A stretch of 64,000 bases of DNA from Ascoidea asiatica JCM 7603. Its lineage: Eukaryota; Fungi; Ascomycota. Below, piece by piece: positions 12,255 to 23,954 of this stretch (the first letter of the stretch is position 1; each line of letters begins with the position of its first letter). The stretch covers positions 1,270,202 through 1,334,201 of the forward strand of contig BCKQ01000001.1 of assembly GCA_001600695.1 (NCBI GenBank), written 5' to 3'. The notes below the pieces were generated by a model. It was not told the DNA's origin. It saw only the letters and a program-made list of their open reading frames with translations, and made no database searches. The position numbers and the translations under genes are program-made.

Positions 12255-12920
12255 ATGTCACCAAAGTTAGAATTATCAAGATGCAAAACAAATGATGAAT
12301 TATATATGAAAGATATTGATGATGTTCTATTAATTAAAAATAAAATTAGATTAAATAATTCAATCAAACATTCAATTAATCAAATTCATAATTATAATTC
12401 CTATTCTTCCCTCAATAATAATAATATAACTGGCAATATTGATTACAATTATGAAAACAATGATGAAAACGATAATGATAATAATAATGATAATGATAAT
12501 GACAATGACAATGATAGTTATAGTGATAGTGATAGTGATGATTATTCTGATGAAGAAAATGATAATATTAAACAATTATCTTTAATTAAAGATATTCAAC
12601 CAAAAAGATTACCAATTATAAGTAATACTCTCTCAAGATGTTTATCTTTACCTCACATAAATAATAATAATAATAATAATTATAATAATTATAATAATAA
12701 TATATACAATAATAACAATAAATCTCGTAGATTATTCGTTAATCCTATTCAATCAAAGAAAAATACTCTAAATTCATTCACAAATAATAATACAAATAAC
12801 ACAAATAATACAAATAATACAAATAATACTCTCAATTCATTATCAAATACAAACAAAAATTCAAATACAAGTAATACTAAAAGTAAGAATAATCTAAGAA
12901 GAACTATTTCTCATTTCTAA
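12255..12920 (+). CDS. Hypothetical low-complexity (N/D/S-rich) protein, 221 aa
   Basis: ATG in A-rich context with codon usage like neighbouring genes. Short complex segments (LSRCKT, LSRCLSLP, LRRTISHF) are separated by Asn/Asp tracts. Confidence 0.6.
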   Translation: MSPKLELSRCKTNDELYMKDIDDVLLIKNKIRLNNSIKHSINQIHNYNSYSSLNNNNITGNIDYNYENNDENDNDNNNDNDNDNDNDSYSDSDSDDYSDEENDNIKQLSLIKDIQPKRLPIISNTLSRCLSLPHINNNNNNNYNNYNNNIYNNNNKSRRLFVNPIQSKKNTLNSFTNNNTNNTNNTNNTNNTLNSLSNTNKNSNTSNTKSKNNLRRTISHF

Positions 12921-12998
12921 CTATATATTTATACAGTACATATATATATATATCTTTATATCTTTATATCTTTATATCTTTGCTTATATTCAATTTTT

Positions 12999-12999
12999 C

Positions 13000-13062
<63 letters not shown>
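12999..13062. repeat. (AAT)n microsatellite
   Basis: About 21 perfect units between convergent genes. Confidence 0.9.
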
Positions 13063-13063
<1 letters not shown>

Positions 13064-13102
13064 TATATAATATATATAATATATACTTTTTTATTTACTT
13101 AT

Positions 13103-14769
13103 TCATTCAATTGCATTTATTAATAAATTATTAAAATTCTCACAAACTTTATTAAATTTCTTGAAATTTAATTCTTCATCTTTATCAAATAATCCTTTAA
13201 TTGTACCAAAAATAATATTCATTCCATTTTCTGTAGAAACAACATTTAAAACTAATGATGATGCTAAAACTCCCATATCCTGTGATAAAAACATTTCTTT
13301 AATCTTATATTCATTATTTATATTCATATTTAAAATATTATAACCAATATTTGAAAGTCTAATTGAATCTGATTTAAAATTATTAAAATTTTTTAAAATT
13401 AAATTTTCTAATAAATTTATTTTACTATTTAAATATTGTCTCATTCCAGTACCAATATAAATTGTATTTTTAATATTCTCAATATCTTTTCTTCTATTAA
13501 TTTCAATAATTTTTGATAATTTTAAAAAATTTAATTCATAAATATCTTTAAAAAAAATTTGAAAAAATCCTAAAGATACAAAACATCCATAATTTATATT
13601 TTCATTTTTACTTTCTTTTGGAAAATTTTTAATTAAAAATGGTCTAAGATTTAAAGGATGAGCAAAATCAAATTTTTTATTAATTTTAAGATCTTTAAAA
13701 TTATAATCTTTCATACTTTTTAAAAAAATTGAAATTAAAAATGAATTAATTTTAATTTCATTTTTTTTACAAAATTTTAAAATTTTTTCAATTTGAATTT
13801 CATTAATTCTAAAAATTTTAAAAAGAGTATTATAATTATAATCATTTTTAAGGGAATTTAAATTGAATAAGTTTGATTTATTTAATTTACATTCTTTAGT
13901 TTCTTCAATATTACTATTTTCATTATCATATCTTTTCAAAGGTTTTAAATTTTTTATATTAAAATTATTAATAAATTCTTTTGGAGGAATAACATTAATC
14001 AATTGATCTAAAGCCAATGGAATTTTTGATAATTTTAAATAATCAAGTTTAAAATCAAATAAACAAGATAATTCATTCAATTCATTTGAATTACTTAAGT
14101 TATTTAATTCAAATAAAAGTGATTTATGAAAATTTATACCAGACATACCATCTAACATATGATCAAAAATAAAAGCAATATTGTTATTATTTATATAACA
14201 TTTCCAAAATGGAATTTGATTATTATTATTTGATAAATTATAAAATGTATAATTTCTATCAATATTATATAAAAATTCTTCATCAACTATTTCATTAGAT
14301 AATTTTTGATTTTTATTTGATTCAAATTTAATTACATCATTTACCATGATTTTTGAACATGGTTTTAAATAATATTCATATTCAATTTCATTCTCGTTTT
14401 CATTTTCTTTATTATTATTGTTATTATTATTGTTATTGTTATTATTAATATTTTTCACTTTTTTATTTAAACATAAAGATAAATAAGAATTTTTTAAAAT
14501 TACATTTCTTAAAGAATTCAAAAAAAGTAATTTATTTATAGGTTTATTATAACTTGAAATTACTGTGAGATATTTATGAGCTTTAGCATTATTATATGCA
14601 ATCCAAAAATGTTCAGAATATCCTAAAAAAAAGTGAAGAAAAGAAGTATTAGTTGTTGGTTTTGTTGTTTTAAAATAAGAATTAAATGAAGGGGATAAAA
14701 TGGAATAATAAACATACCTGCAGGTCTAGTAAATCTTTTTTCAATTTCAATCTCAGTTTCAGATGACAT
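13103..14769 (-). CDS. Alcohol acetyltransferase family protein (Atf1/Atf2/Sli1-like). Exons 14769-14718 and 14622-13103; intron 14717-14623; ~523 aa
   Basis: GTATGT donor at 14717, ACTAAT branch, TAG acceptor at 14623. Splicing restores an in-frame N-terminus MSSETEIEIEKRFTRPAGYSEHFW...LNSLRNVIL. Family motifs include IPFWK, FIFDHMLDGMSG..FH, PLNLRPF, LSNIG, FLSQD and LNVVST..GMNI. Confidence 0.85.
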
Positions 14770-15119
14770 TTTCTTAGATTAATGATTGAAGTTGAATGAA
14801 ATTGAATGAAATTGAATGGAATGAGTCAATATATCAATGAAGTGAAATGAGTGAAAATAAAATGGAAAAGGAATGAAATGGATATTTAAGTCATTTTGAA
14901 GAATAGTTTAGATAAATGAAAAGCAAAAAAAAGGATGTTTTGAAGATTATCATTGTTTAGGATATTAAAGACAATGAAGATATTCAGGATCTTGAATATT
15001 GAATATTGAAGATAATGTGATAATAATACTAACATTAGTAGATAATAAAGATAATAGATAGTAAAGTGGTTTGAACAATGCACTATTGGTACGACTGATA
15101 GTGAAGAAATCCTTAAACA

Positions 15120-15620
15120 GGAGTTGGACACGACGTGTGTCTTGAGTCGAGGTTTGGAACACTTCGGGACAGGACACAAATTAGAAGAACACAAAACAGT
15201 GGAACCAGAACGAAAGAACGCGTCCCACAGAAAAAAACGCAGAGCCGCGGCTGAGGCGACACGACTTAAGAGACCAGAGACACCGCAGAAACAAGAGACC
15301 ACAAAAGAGATTACTCAGCACCCCTTGTTTATCACGTAAGCCGCCAAGAGTGTATTCCGGAGCAGGAAATTAAAAATATTATCGGATAATTCTAACGGAA
15401 ATAAAAAAAAACCAAAATGGAGACCACGTCTGCGGTGCTTCTCTCCTTTTAAAAAATTAGGAAATGGAGACCGCCCCGGTGGATCCAGCCAGGGCTGTGG
15501 GAGCTCGCGTGCTGCTACGTGTGAGTTTGGCTGCGTGCGGGCTTTTGCGCGAGTTGCCTGATTGACCGCAGATTTAACAACAAATCAAGATTCAGCGGTG
15601 CGGGACTGATGCACTGGAAG
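15120..15620. promoter_or_regulatory. GC-rich island, divergent promoter between acetyltransferase and SEC7
   Basis: High GC and CpG. Four GAGACC copies (15270, 15295, 15420, 15467), an AGCCGCGGCT palindrome and several CGGA sites. Confidence 0.65.
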
Positions 15621-15894
15621 TAAAGTGACAATTTCAACCCAGCATAGATCCAGTACAGTAAGTTAGTAGCGTTAGTAGTATTAACATAACGCTAACCATC
15701 CTTCAAGATCCTACAACCACCACCAGCTCAACTTATTTATGAAATGAACAGAAGTGAAATAACTATTCATATGTCTCTGTTCTTTTTTCAAGTAACTACA
15801 AATTCAAAGTAATCACCACTACTCACATATTATCAAACTAGGAACTAGGAATACTACATTTATTCAATTATAAACTGTATTGGAATTCCTAATT

Positions 15895-18800
15895 ATGGAA
15901 AAAGAACTATCTATTGAAGTTCCTGTATCTGCAAGTGAGCTCAAGATAAATTCAATTGACAATAGTATTCAATTGAACATCAAAAATAGTAGTAATGATG
16001 AAATAAATAATATTCAATCAGAATCAACTCTTCCTAACGGGTCATCTGAGGCTTCTAAAGAATCTAAGGAATCCCTCGATTCTCAAGATTTTAAGGATAC
16101 TCACGAAGTTGAGAATTCTAAGGAATCAAAAACAACAAATTCACCAGATCCAACAGATGAAAATACTAATGATCCAAAACAACTAGAAGATATAAAAGAT
16201 ACGAAAGTTGTAAATGGTGTAAAGGAGACAAATGATCCAAAAGAAGAAAAAGATCCAAAAGATTTAAAAGATCTAAGTGAATTAAAGGAAGTAAATGAAG
16301 TAAAATTAAATAATGAAAATAAAGAAATAATACAAAATAATAATAAAATAAATACTGAAATAATAGTAAATGAAAATAATCATCAATCTAATAATAAACA
16401 AAAAGAAGATATTCCAAATAATGAAAATCAATCCAAAGAAGATAATCAAACCAAGGATCCAATTGATAATCAATCTAAAACTCAACAAAGTAATTCAACT
16501 TCTTCATTAAATACTGAATCATTACAACAACACACTGAAAAAATAAGTATTAATGAAACGAAACCTTTAGATCCAATAGTAAATGATGAAAATGAAAATA
16601 ATAAGAAAATCGTAGTTGAAGAACCAAAAATTTTAGATTCAATTCCAAGTTCAAGTACAACCACAATGATAAGTTTTTTAAAATCTGTTCATAAACAATT
16701 ATCAACAAAAAAATTTAATGAATCTCAAAAAGAATTTTTAAAACAAATTGAAATTTCAATGAATTTAAATGAATTACCTTTAAATGCAATAATTAATTTA
16801 TTAAAATCATTTTCAAAAAATATTGAATTAAAATTATTATTAATTGATTTAATTTCAAAAATCTTTACTTTTGATGCTTTAAATTATTCAAATTTAAATT
16901 ATTCTTTATCTTCTGATAATTTCATTTCAAATTCAATTGAATTAATTAATGATTTATTTACAAATGAAGAAATTAATGAAAAATTAGAATTAAGTTTTGT
17001 TCAAACAATTATGTCTATAATTTTAAATTCAAAAAAACCAATTCATGGTTCAAGATTATTAAATTCAATTAGATTAATTTATAATATTTATGTAGTTAGT
17101 ATAAATCCAATGAATCAACAAATTTGTGATGCAAGTTTAAATCAAATTATTGATTTTATTTATGATAAAGTTGATAAATTAAATGATGAATTAATTTCAA
17201 ATGATAATTCCTCTTCAAATAATAATTCAAATTCAAATAATAACTTAAATAGTAACTCAAATTCAAATTCAAATACTTTAACTACTTTTAAACCTCTAAA
17301 AAAAGTAACACTTGAAAATCTTGAAAATTTAAGCGAAGTTGATGATAAAAAATTTGATTCAATTGCAAATTCAATGGATGAAAATGAAGATGATTTAATT
17401 ATAAAAGATGCCTTTTTAATATTTAGAACAATGTCTAAAATTTCAATAAAAGAATTAGATCCTTCAATTTTTGATCCAAGATCTCAACCTGTTAGAGCAA
17501 AATTACTTGGTTTAAGAATTATTCATTCAGTTTTAAAAAATCATATAAATATTTTTTTATCTGATAAAATTTTTTTGATTTCAAGAACAACTCATGAAAA
17601 AGTTAAATTAATTGATTCAATTAGAAGACATATTTTACAAACTGTTTCAAGAAATTCATTATCAAGAGTTAATGAAATTTTTGAAATAACTTTAAATACA
17701 TTTTTCATTCTTGTAATAAATTTAAGATCTGAATTTAAACTTGAAATATCTCTTATACTTAATGAAGTTTATCTTCATTTAGTTTCTATAGCTTCCTCAA
17801 CAAAATTTCAAAGAGATCAATTTTTAAAATTTATTTATAGAATTTGTAATGATCCAAGATGTTTAATTGAATTATATATTAATTATGATTGTGATTCAAG
17901 TTTACCAAATATTGTTGAAAAAATTACAAATTATTTAGTTAAAGTTGAAAATATTCATTATAAAGAATCTTTAACAAGACAAAGAAATGCAAATTCAAAT
18001 ACTGAATTTTTTAAATATGATACTTCTGCTTTAAATTGTATTGTTGGTATGTTAAGATCTTTAGCTATATGGTCTTCAAAAGGTTCAAATGTTTCAAAAG
18101 TTAGAAATACAAGTGTTTCAAGTGGAATTAATAATTCTGTTTATTTAAGAAATAGGTCTGATACAAATGGTTCATCTTTAAGTAATAGTATGAGTCGTAC
18201 CCCACTGACCCCACATGATTCTTCAAATTTTAATTTTCCAAATAATAGTACTCTTAGTGTGGTTGATTCAAGAGAAGATTTAACTGTAATTGATAATCCA
18301 AATGAATTTGAATATTTAAAACAAAGAAAAACTGCTTTATATGATGGTATAAAATCATTCAATTACAAACCAAAAAGAGGAGTTGCAAAATTAATCAAAG
18401 ATGGTTTCATCGAATCAAATTCACCTTCTGATGTTGCAAAATTTTTATTAACAAATAGTAATAATGGAATTGATAAAGCAATGATTGGTGAATTTTTAGG
18501 TGAAGGTGATGATTATAATATTGAAGTTATGCATGCATTTGTTGATTTGATGAATTTTAAGAATCTTAGAATAAATGACGCAATTAGGTTTTTTTTACAA
18601 AGTTTCAGATTACCTGGTGAATCACAAAAAATTGATAGATTCATGCTTAAATTTGCTGCAAGATATCATGAAGATAATCCAACAATATTTGCAAATGCTG
18701 ATACTGCTTATATTTTATCATATTCTGTTATTATGCTTAACACTGATCAACATAATAATCAAGTTAAAGATAAAGATAAAATGACCTTACAAGATTTCAT

Positions 18801-21800
18801 CAAAAATAATTCTGGAATTGATGATGGAAAAGATTTACCAGTTGAATTTTTATCCAACATATATTCCGATATTGGAAAGAATGAAATCAAATTAAATAGT
18901 GAACAACATGAAGCATTATTGAAAAACAATACAACTCAGGCACCTCCCACAACACCATTTGCAGCATTATTTAGTAATAGAGATGCTCTTGAAAGCGAAT
19001 CTTACAATCAAATAACTAAAGAAATATCTTCAAAGACAGAGAAACTTTTCAAAAATTTAGATAATCAAAAGAAAGGATCTAATTTGAAAGTTAATGAAAG
19101 CAAAGATGATGAAGCTTATTATTCATCTATAGTGTCAATTGGAAGTATGAATGCAACAAGAAATAAGTTTTACTCTGCATCTCATATAGAGCATGTAAAA
19201 TCTATTTTTGAAACTCTTTGGATGTCATTTCTAGCTGCTTTAACTCCTCCATTCAAAGAATATGATCAAACTGAAACTTCTGAAATTTGTCTTGAAGGTA
19301 TTAAACTTTCAATAAAAATATCTTGTACTTTTGATGTCGCTTATGCAAGGACTTCATTTGTGAATGCTTTGATTCAGTTTACCAATTTACAAAATATTGA
19401 AGAAATTAAAGACAAAAATATTAGAGCAATTGAAATTCTTTTAGATATTTGTATTACAGAAGGAAATAATTTGAAATCTACATGGAAAGATCTTCTTTTA
19501 TGTATTTCTCAATTAGATAGACTTCAATTAATTGCTCAAGGAATTGAGCCTAATACTGTTCCAGATGTTTCAATAACAAGATTAGCAAATAGAGCTTCAT
19601 TTGAAAGTTCAAGATCTGCTTCAACAGCAATTTCAAATGGGAATATTTTTAATTTTCTTACTACTAAGAAAGATCCATCTGAGTTAGCACAAATACATCA
19701 TCAAAATCAAAAGCTTAATCCTGAAGTAGCTAATTCATTAAATTCAAGTGAAATAACTGTTGGAATTGATAAAATATTTTCTAATAGTTCAAATTTAACT
19801 AATGGTATTTTTGATTTCGTTGAGGCTTTAGTTGAAGTTGTTAACGAAGAAACTCAAAGTTCTGGGGCTTCAGGACAACCAAGAATATTTGCAATGCAAA
19901 AATTAGTTGATGTATGTTACTATTCCATGATTAGAATAAGATTAGAGTGGTCTAAACTTTGGGTCATTATGGCTAAAGCTTTCAATTCTATGGGTACATG
20001 TCCAAATAATGCAGTACTTGTTTTTGCTTTAGATTCTTTGAGACAATTATCTATGAGATTTTTAGATATTGAAGAACTTGCCCATTTCAAATTTCAAAAG
20101 GAATTTTTACATAGTTTTAAAGTTATATTTTCAGATAATGATAATTTTAATATTAAACAATTAATTTTAGATATTTTTGAAAATATTATAGATTCAAAAG
20201 CAGAAAAAATGAAGTCCGGTTGGTCTTCTATATTTGAAGTTTTAGAACTGGCAGCTGGAGATTCCAAAGAAGAATTAGTATCTAAATCTTTTAAAGTTGT
20301 TGAAAAAATTAATAATGGATATTTTGTCAACGTTTATGAACAAAATGATTTCAAAGGTCTTGTTGGATGTTTTATTGTTTATGCTCAAAATGATAAATTC
20401 CAAAAAATAGGATTACATGCAGTAGGAGATATGAAAAAATTAGTGCATTTCGTTGATGGATTAAATAGTGAAGCATTAAATACTGATAATGCTGAAAACG
20501 AAAAAAATGGAACAAAGGTGAACCCCTATAAACTGTTTCAAGAAAAATTATGGTTTCCTTTATTGGAAGGATTCCATAAAGTTATAATGAAAGCAGAAGA
20601 TCTTGAAGTAAGATCAACAGCTTTAAATTTTATGTTTGATTCTTTAGTTGTATATGGATCAAATTTTGATAAAGAATTTTGGAATGATGTATGTAAAAAA
20701 TTGCTTTTTCCAATATTTGGTGTATTAAGTGATCATTGGGAAATAAATGCTTCAAATAGTCATGATGATTTTTCAGTATGGCTATCTACAACTTTAATTC
20801 AAGCTTTAAGAAATATGATTGCATTATTTACACATTTTGATGATTTATTATTTATGTTGGAAGATTATCTAAAATTATTAGAGTCTTGTATTCTTCAAGA
20901 AAACGATACAATTTCTCGAATTGGAAGATCATGTTTACAACAATTAATATTACAGAATATGCAAAAATTTTCTCGAGAAGATTGGAATAAAATTTTATAT
21001 TGTTTCCAATATTTATTTAAATTATCAACCGCCATTGAATTATTTAAAGCAGATCCTTTAAAACAATCTTCTGAGCTAGATGTTTCTAATAGAACATTTA
21101 TGAGTGGCAACGGAAATATGGAAAGTCAAGATGTTATAAAAAATGATATTGCAGAAAAAGAAGATGATGAAAATGCGTTAGATGTATCATCTAGTAAAAC
21201 AAATCAAGCAAGTAAATCTATTGATGATGAAGTTCGAAGAAAAACAAAAGAAAAAAGTACAATTGTAGTAAAATGTGTACTTCAATTATTGGTAATAGAA
21301 ACAGTTTCTGAATTACTTGAAGATGAAGTTTTTTATTCTTTAATTCCAATTGATAATTTACTTGCTTTAAGTCAATGTCTTAAAGAAAGTTATAAATTTT
21401 CTAGAAAATTCAATGATGATTATAATTTAAGAGTTAGATTATGGAATTTTGGAGTAATTGAAAGATTACCAAATTTATTAAGACAAGAGTCTTCATCATC
21501 AGCAGTTTTTGTAAATATTATGTTTAGACTTGTAATTGATAAAGAAAAAGCTTCAAAAGATCAAAAAGAACAAATGCTAAAAGATTTAATACCTTTGTGT
21601 GTGGGAATAACACAAAAATACATTGAACTAGATGATGTATCACAACAAAGAAATATAGGAACTTGGAGACCAGTTGTTGTTGAAATTTTACAAGGATATT
21701 ATGAATTAGATGAAGAAGATTTTATAAGTAATTGTCCTGTTATGTATGAATTGGTATTAAACATTTTAGATAAATCATTACCAGTGGAAATGCGTTCGGT

Positions 21801-21849
21801 GATAAAATCTTTTTTAACAAGAGTTGGAGAAGTTTACTTAAAAATTTAG
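15895..21849 (+). CDS. SEC7: Large Arf guanine nucleotide exchange factor Sec7 (first ATG at 15895)
   Basis: HUS box (LIELYINYDCD), Sec7 domain (IGEFLGE, FRLPGESQKIDRFMLKFA, ILSYSVIMLNTDQH), HDS regions (FALDSLRQLS, HFKFQKEFL, DLEVRSTAL) and C-terminal LPNLLRQE. Confidence 0.98.
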   Translation: MEKELSIEVPVSASELKINSIDNSIQLNIKNSSNDEINNIQSESTLPNGSSEASKESKESLDSQDFKDTHEVENSKESKTTNSPDPTDENTNDPKQLEDIKDTKVVNGVKETNDPKEEKDPKDLKDLSELKEVNEVKLNNENKEIIQNNNKINTEIIVNENNHQSNNKQKEDIPNNENQSKEDNQTKDPIDNQSKTQQSNSTSSLNTESLQQHTEKISINETKPLDPIVNDENENNKKIVVEEPKILDSIPSSSTTTMISFLKSVHKQLSTKKFNESQKEFLKQIEISMNLNELPLNAIINLLKSFSKNIELKLLLIDLISKIFTFDALNYSNLNYSLSSDNFISNSIELINDLFTNEEINEKLELSFVQTIMSIILNSKKPIHGSRLLNSIRLIYNIYVVSINPMNQQICDASLNQIIDFIYDKVDKLNDELISNDNSSSNNNSNSNNNLNSNSNSNSNTLTTFKPLKKVTLENLENLSEVDDKKFDSIANSMDENEDDLIIKDAFLIFRTMSKISIKELDPSIFDPRSQPVRAKLLGLRIIHSVLKNHINIFLSDKIFLISRTTHEKVKLIDSIRRHILQTVSRNSLSRVNEIFEITLNTFFILVINLRSEFKLEISLILNEVYLHLVSIASSTKFQRDQFLKFIYRICNDPRCLIELYINYDCDSSLPNIVEKITNYLVKVENIHYKESLTRQRNANSNTEFFKYDTSALNCIVGMLRSLAIWSSKGSNVSKVRNTSVSSGINNSVYLRNRSDTNGSSLSNSMSRTPLTPHDSSNFNFPNNSTLSVVDSREDLTVIDNPNEFEYLKQRKTALYDGIKSFNYKPKRGVAKLIKDGFIESNSPSDVAKFLLTNSNNGIDKAMIGEFLGEGDDYNIEVMHAFVDLMNFKNLRINDAIRFFLQSFRLPGESQKIDRFMLKFAARYHEDNPTIFANADTAYILSYSVIMLNTDQHNNQVKDKDKMTLQDFIKNNSGIDDGKDLPVEFLSNIYSDIGKNEIKLNSEQHEALLKNNTTQAPPTTPFAALFSNRDALESESYNQITKEISSKTEKLFKNLDNQKKGSNLKVNESKDDEAYYSSIVSIGSMNATRNKFYSASHIEHVKSIFETLWMSFLAALTPPFKEYDQTETSEICLEGIKLSIKISCTFDVAYARTSFVNALIQFTNLQNIEEIKDKNIRAIEILLDICITEGNNLKSTWKDLLLCISQLDRLQLIAQGIEPNTVPDVSITRLANRASFESSRSASTAISNGNIFNFLTTKKDPSELAQIHHQNQKLNPEVANSLNSSEITVGIDKIFSNSSNLTNGIFDFVEALVEVVNEETQSSGASGQPRIFAMQKLVDVCYYSMIRIRLEWSKLWVIMAKAFNSMGTCPNNAVLVFALDSLRQLSMRFLDIEELAHFKFQKEFLHSFKVIFSDNDNFNIKQLILDIFENIIDSKAEKMKSGWSSIFEVLELAAGDSKEELVSKSFKVVEKINNGYFVNVYEQNDFKGLVGCFIVYAQNDKFQKIGLHAVGDMKKLVHFVDGLNSEALNTDNAENEKNGTKVNPYKLFQEKLWFPLLEGFHKVIMKAEDLEVRSTALNFMFDSLVVYGSNFDKEFWNDVCKKLLFPIFGVLSDHWEINASNSHDDFSVWLSTTLIQALRNMIALFTHFDDLLFMLEDYLKLLESCILQENDTISRIGRSCLQQLILQNMQKFSREDWNKILYCFQYLFKLSTAIELFKADPLKQSSELDVSNRTFMSGNGNMESQDVIKNDIAEKEDDENALDVSSSKTNQASKSIDDEVRRKTKEKSTIVVKCVLQLLVIETVSELLEDEVFYSLIPIDNLLALSQCLKESYKFSRKFNDDYNLRVRLWNFGVIERLPNLLRQESSSSAVFVNIMFRLVIDKEKASKDQKEQMLKDLIPLCVGITQKYIELDDVSQQRNIGTWRPVVVEILQGYYELDEEDFISNCPVMYELVLNILDKSLPVEMRSVIKSFLTRVGEVYLKI

Positions 21850-22564
21850 TTGATATTCAATAATAAGGATGATAATAATAATTATAATTAAATAATTATA
21901 ATAGTATTAATAATAATTGATTTCTAATTATCACATTCGTTGTTTTTTTTGGTTTTGTACTTTTTTGTTTTCTTTTAGGTTCCTATTTTTATTTTTCTGG
22001 TTCTCGTTGAAGGCTCTTGATCAATTGTAGTTATTTTCTGTATTATGAATTTTGATAACTGCTTCTTTTTATAATTAGTAAAACAGATAATTAATAATAA
22101 TAATTGTGTTTGATATTAATAATATATAGATCTATACGCACATTTTTTTGTTTAATCACCAAAACTTCATTAAAGTTTAGGAAACGTCCCGACGCCAGCT
22201 TCTTGGTTCTTCTATTTCTTTGAACTTGAGACCATAAACTTGGGTTCCCTCTTTGAACTATCCTCACCGAACCCGAAAACGTATTTATTTCTTCATTGCT
22301 TCTCGTTTCTTGTTTATTGTCTTTTGTTTATTTATTGCCCTTGTTATTCAATGAAAATATTCAAATTAATCAGATTAAAGTCATTTATTCGAAGTTAATT
22401 GTTTTCTTCAATTCATCATTTATATTTAAATAATCATCTGAATCTTCAATCTTCAATTGTTTTATTTATCCAATGGATTTATTTAAATTTCATTAAAAGT
22501 CTTAATATCTCAGACTTCGGTTCTTATTTCCAGGCAAAATTTCATTTATTTTAAAAACAAGGAT

Positions 22565-23620
22565 ATGAAGTTATATATTTATTCCTTTTTAATTTCTCTA
22601 TTTTGTAATTTTTGTTTAATTCAATCCAAGTTTTCTAATTCGACTTATAATTCTTTGATTGAATTTTCAAATTGGTGTTCTGTTTCTTATTGTATCGCAA
22701 CCGCTGGTGATTTAGATTTTTTATTAGATTATGATCTTAAAGAAGGTAAATTCAATGAATCTTGTCCACATTTAAGATTTTGTAGTTATAAAGCAAATGA
22801 ATATATTGAAATAGTTAAAATCTTTAAACCTATTACCATTGATAAATTATCTGCAACTGGTTTTATTGCCCTTGATAATCATCCTTCAAAAAAAAGAATT
22901 TATTTAGTTTTCAGAGGTTCGTTATCTTTAGGTGATTGGATATCAGATTTATCAACTCCATTAGTAATTTATACACCAATTTTTTCAAATTATAAAAATT
23001 TTAATTGTTTTAATTGTTTAATTCATCAAGGTTTCTATAATTTAGCTCTGAATTTTAGAAATCAAATCTTTTCAGTAATTTATAAATTAAAACAAACTTA
23101 TCCTGATTATCAATTAGTTATAACTGGTCATTCATTAGGTGGAGCTTTAGCAAATTTAATTGGTTTTGAATTTCAATTATTAAATTGGAATCCGTTAGTT
23201 ATTTCTTTTGCAAATCCAAAAATTGCAAACTATAATTTAAACAATTATATTGATAATAAATTTAATAAAAATTTATATTTAAATTTATTGAATTCTAAAA
23301 ATTATCAAATCAATAATTTATCTAATGCTAATATAAGAATTAATCATCAAGGTGATTATGTTCCTCAAGTTCCTATAAATCCATTATATTCTCATAATGG
23401 TATAGAATTTAAAATTTTCAAAAAAGATTTGCCTCATTTATATGAAGATATTGAAATTATAACTGATGATGAAGATTATTCTAATAATCATTATCAAAAA
23501 TTTATGGATCCATTAATCCCTTTGAAACCGAGTGATTTACTACATGCGGATTATCATTCAAATTATTTCATTAAAATTTATGGTTGTAATAGTTCTCAAA
23601 GTATCATTGATTATTTTTGA
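22565..23620 (+). CDS. Secreted class-3 triacylglycerol lipase (Lih1/Yarrowia Lip2-like family)
   Basis: Signal peptide, YLVFRGS, IHQGF, nucleophile elbow ITGHSLGG, catalytic Asp in GDYVPQVP and His in YHSNYF. Confidence 0.92.
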   Translation: MKLYIYSFLISLFCNFCLIQSKFSNSTYNSLIEFSNWCSVSYCIATAGDLDFLLDYDLKEGKFNESCPHLRFCSYKANEYIEIVKIFKPITIDKLSATGFIALDNHPSKKRIYLVFRGSLSLGDWISDLSTPLVIYTPIFSNYKNFNCFNCLIHQGFYNLALNFRNQIFSVIYKLKQTYPDYQLVITGHSLGGALANLIGFEFQLLNWNPLVISFANPKIANYNLNNYIDNKFNKNLYLNLLNSKNYQINNLSNANIRINHQGDYVPQVPINPLYSHNGIEFKIFKKDLPHLYEDIEIITDDEDYSNNHYQKFMDPLIPLKPSDLLHADYHSNYFIKIYGCNSSQSIIDYF

Positions 23621-23954
23621 ATAAAAAATATTATACTAATAGCTTTTATATTCACTTATTTTAATATTGTGCCTAGATTAAGTTCTATGATTTCAGTTGA
23701 TTAATTTCTTAAAAATCGTTAATCTGAACAGAATATACTATTATTATATAAATTTAAATAAACTTAAACTTGAAAGTTCAATTTAAAATTTCAATAAGAT
23801 TATTTTGAATTGCTAATTATTTAAGAATATTTTCAAAATATTTCAAGAATATTTCAAGGAATATCCTATTTTAAGCTGAAATAAAAATAGTATTTACAAA
23901 ATATTCAAGTTGTTTTTCTTTTTATTTTTCATTTCAAAAAATTGTATATTTAAT

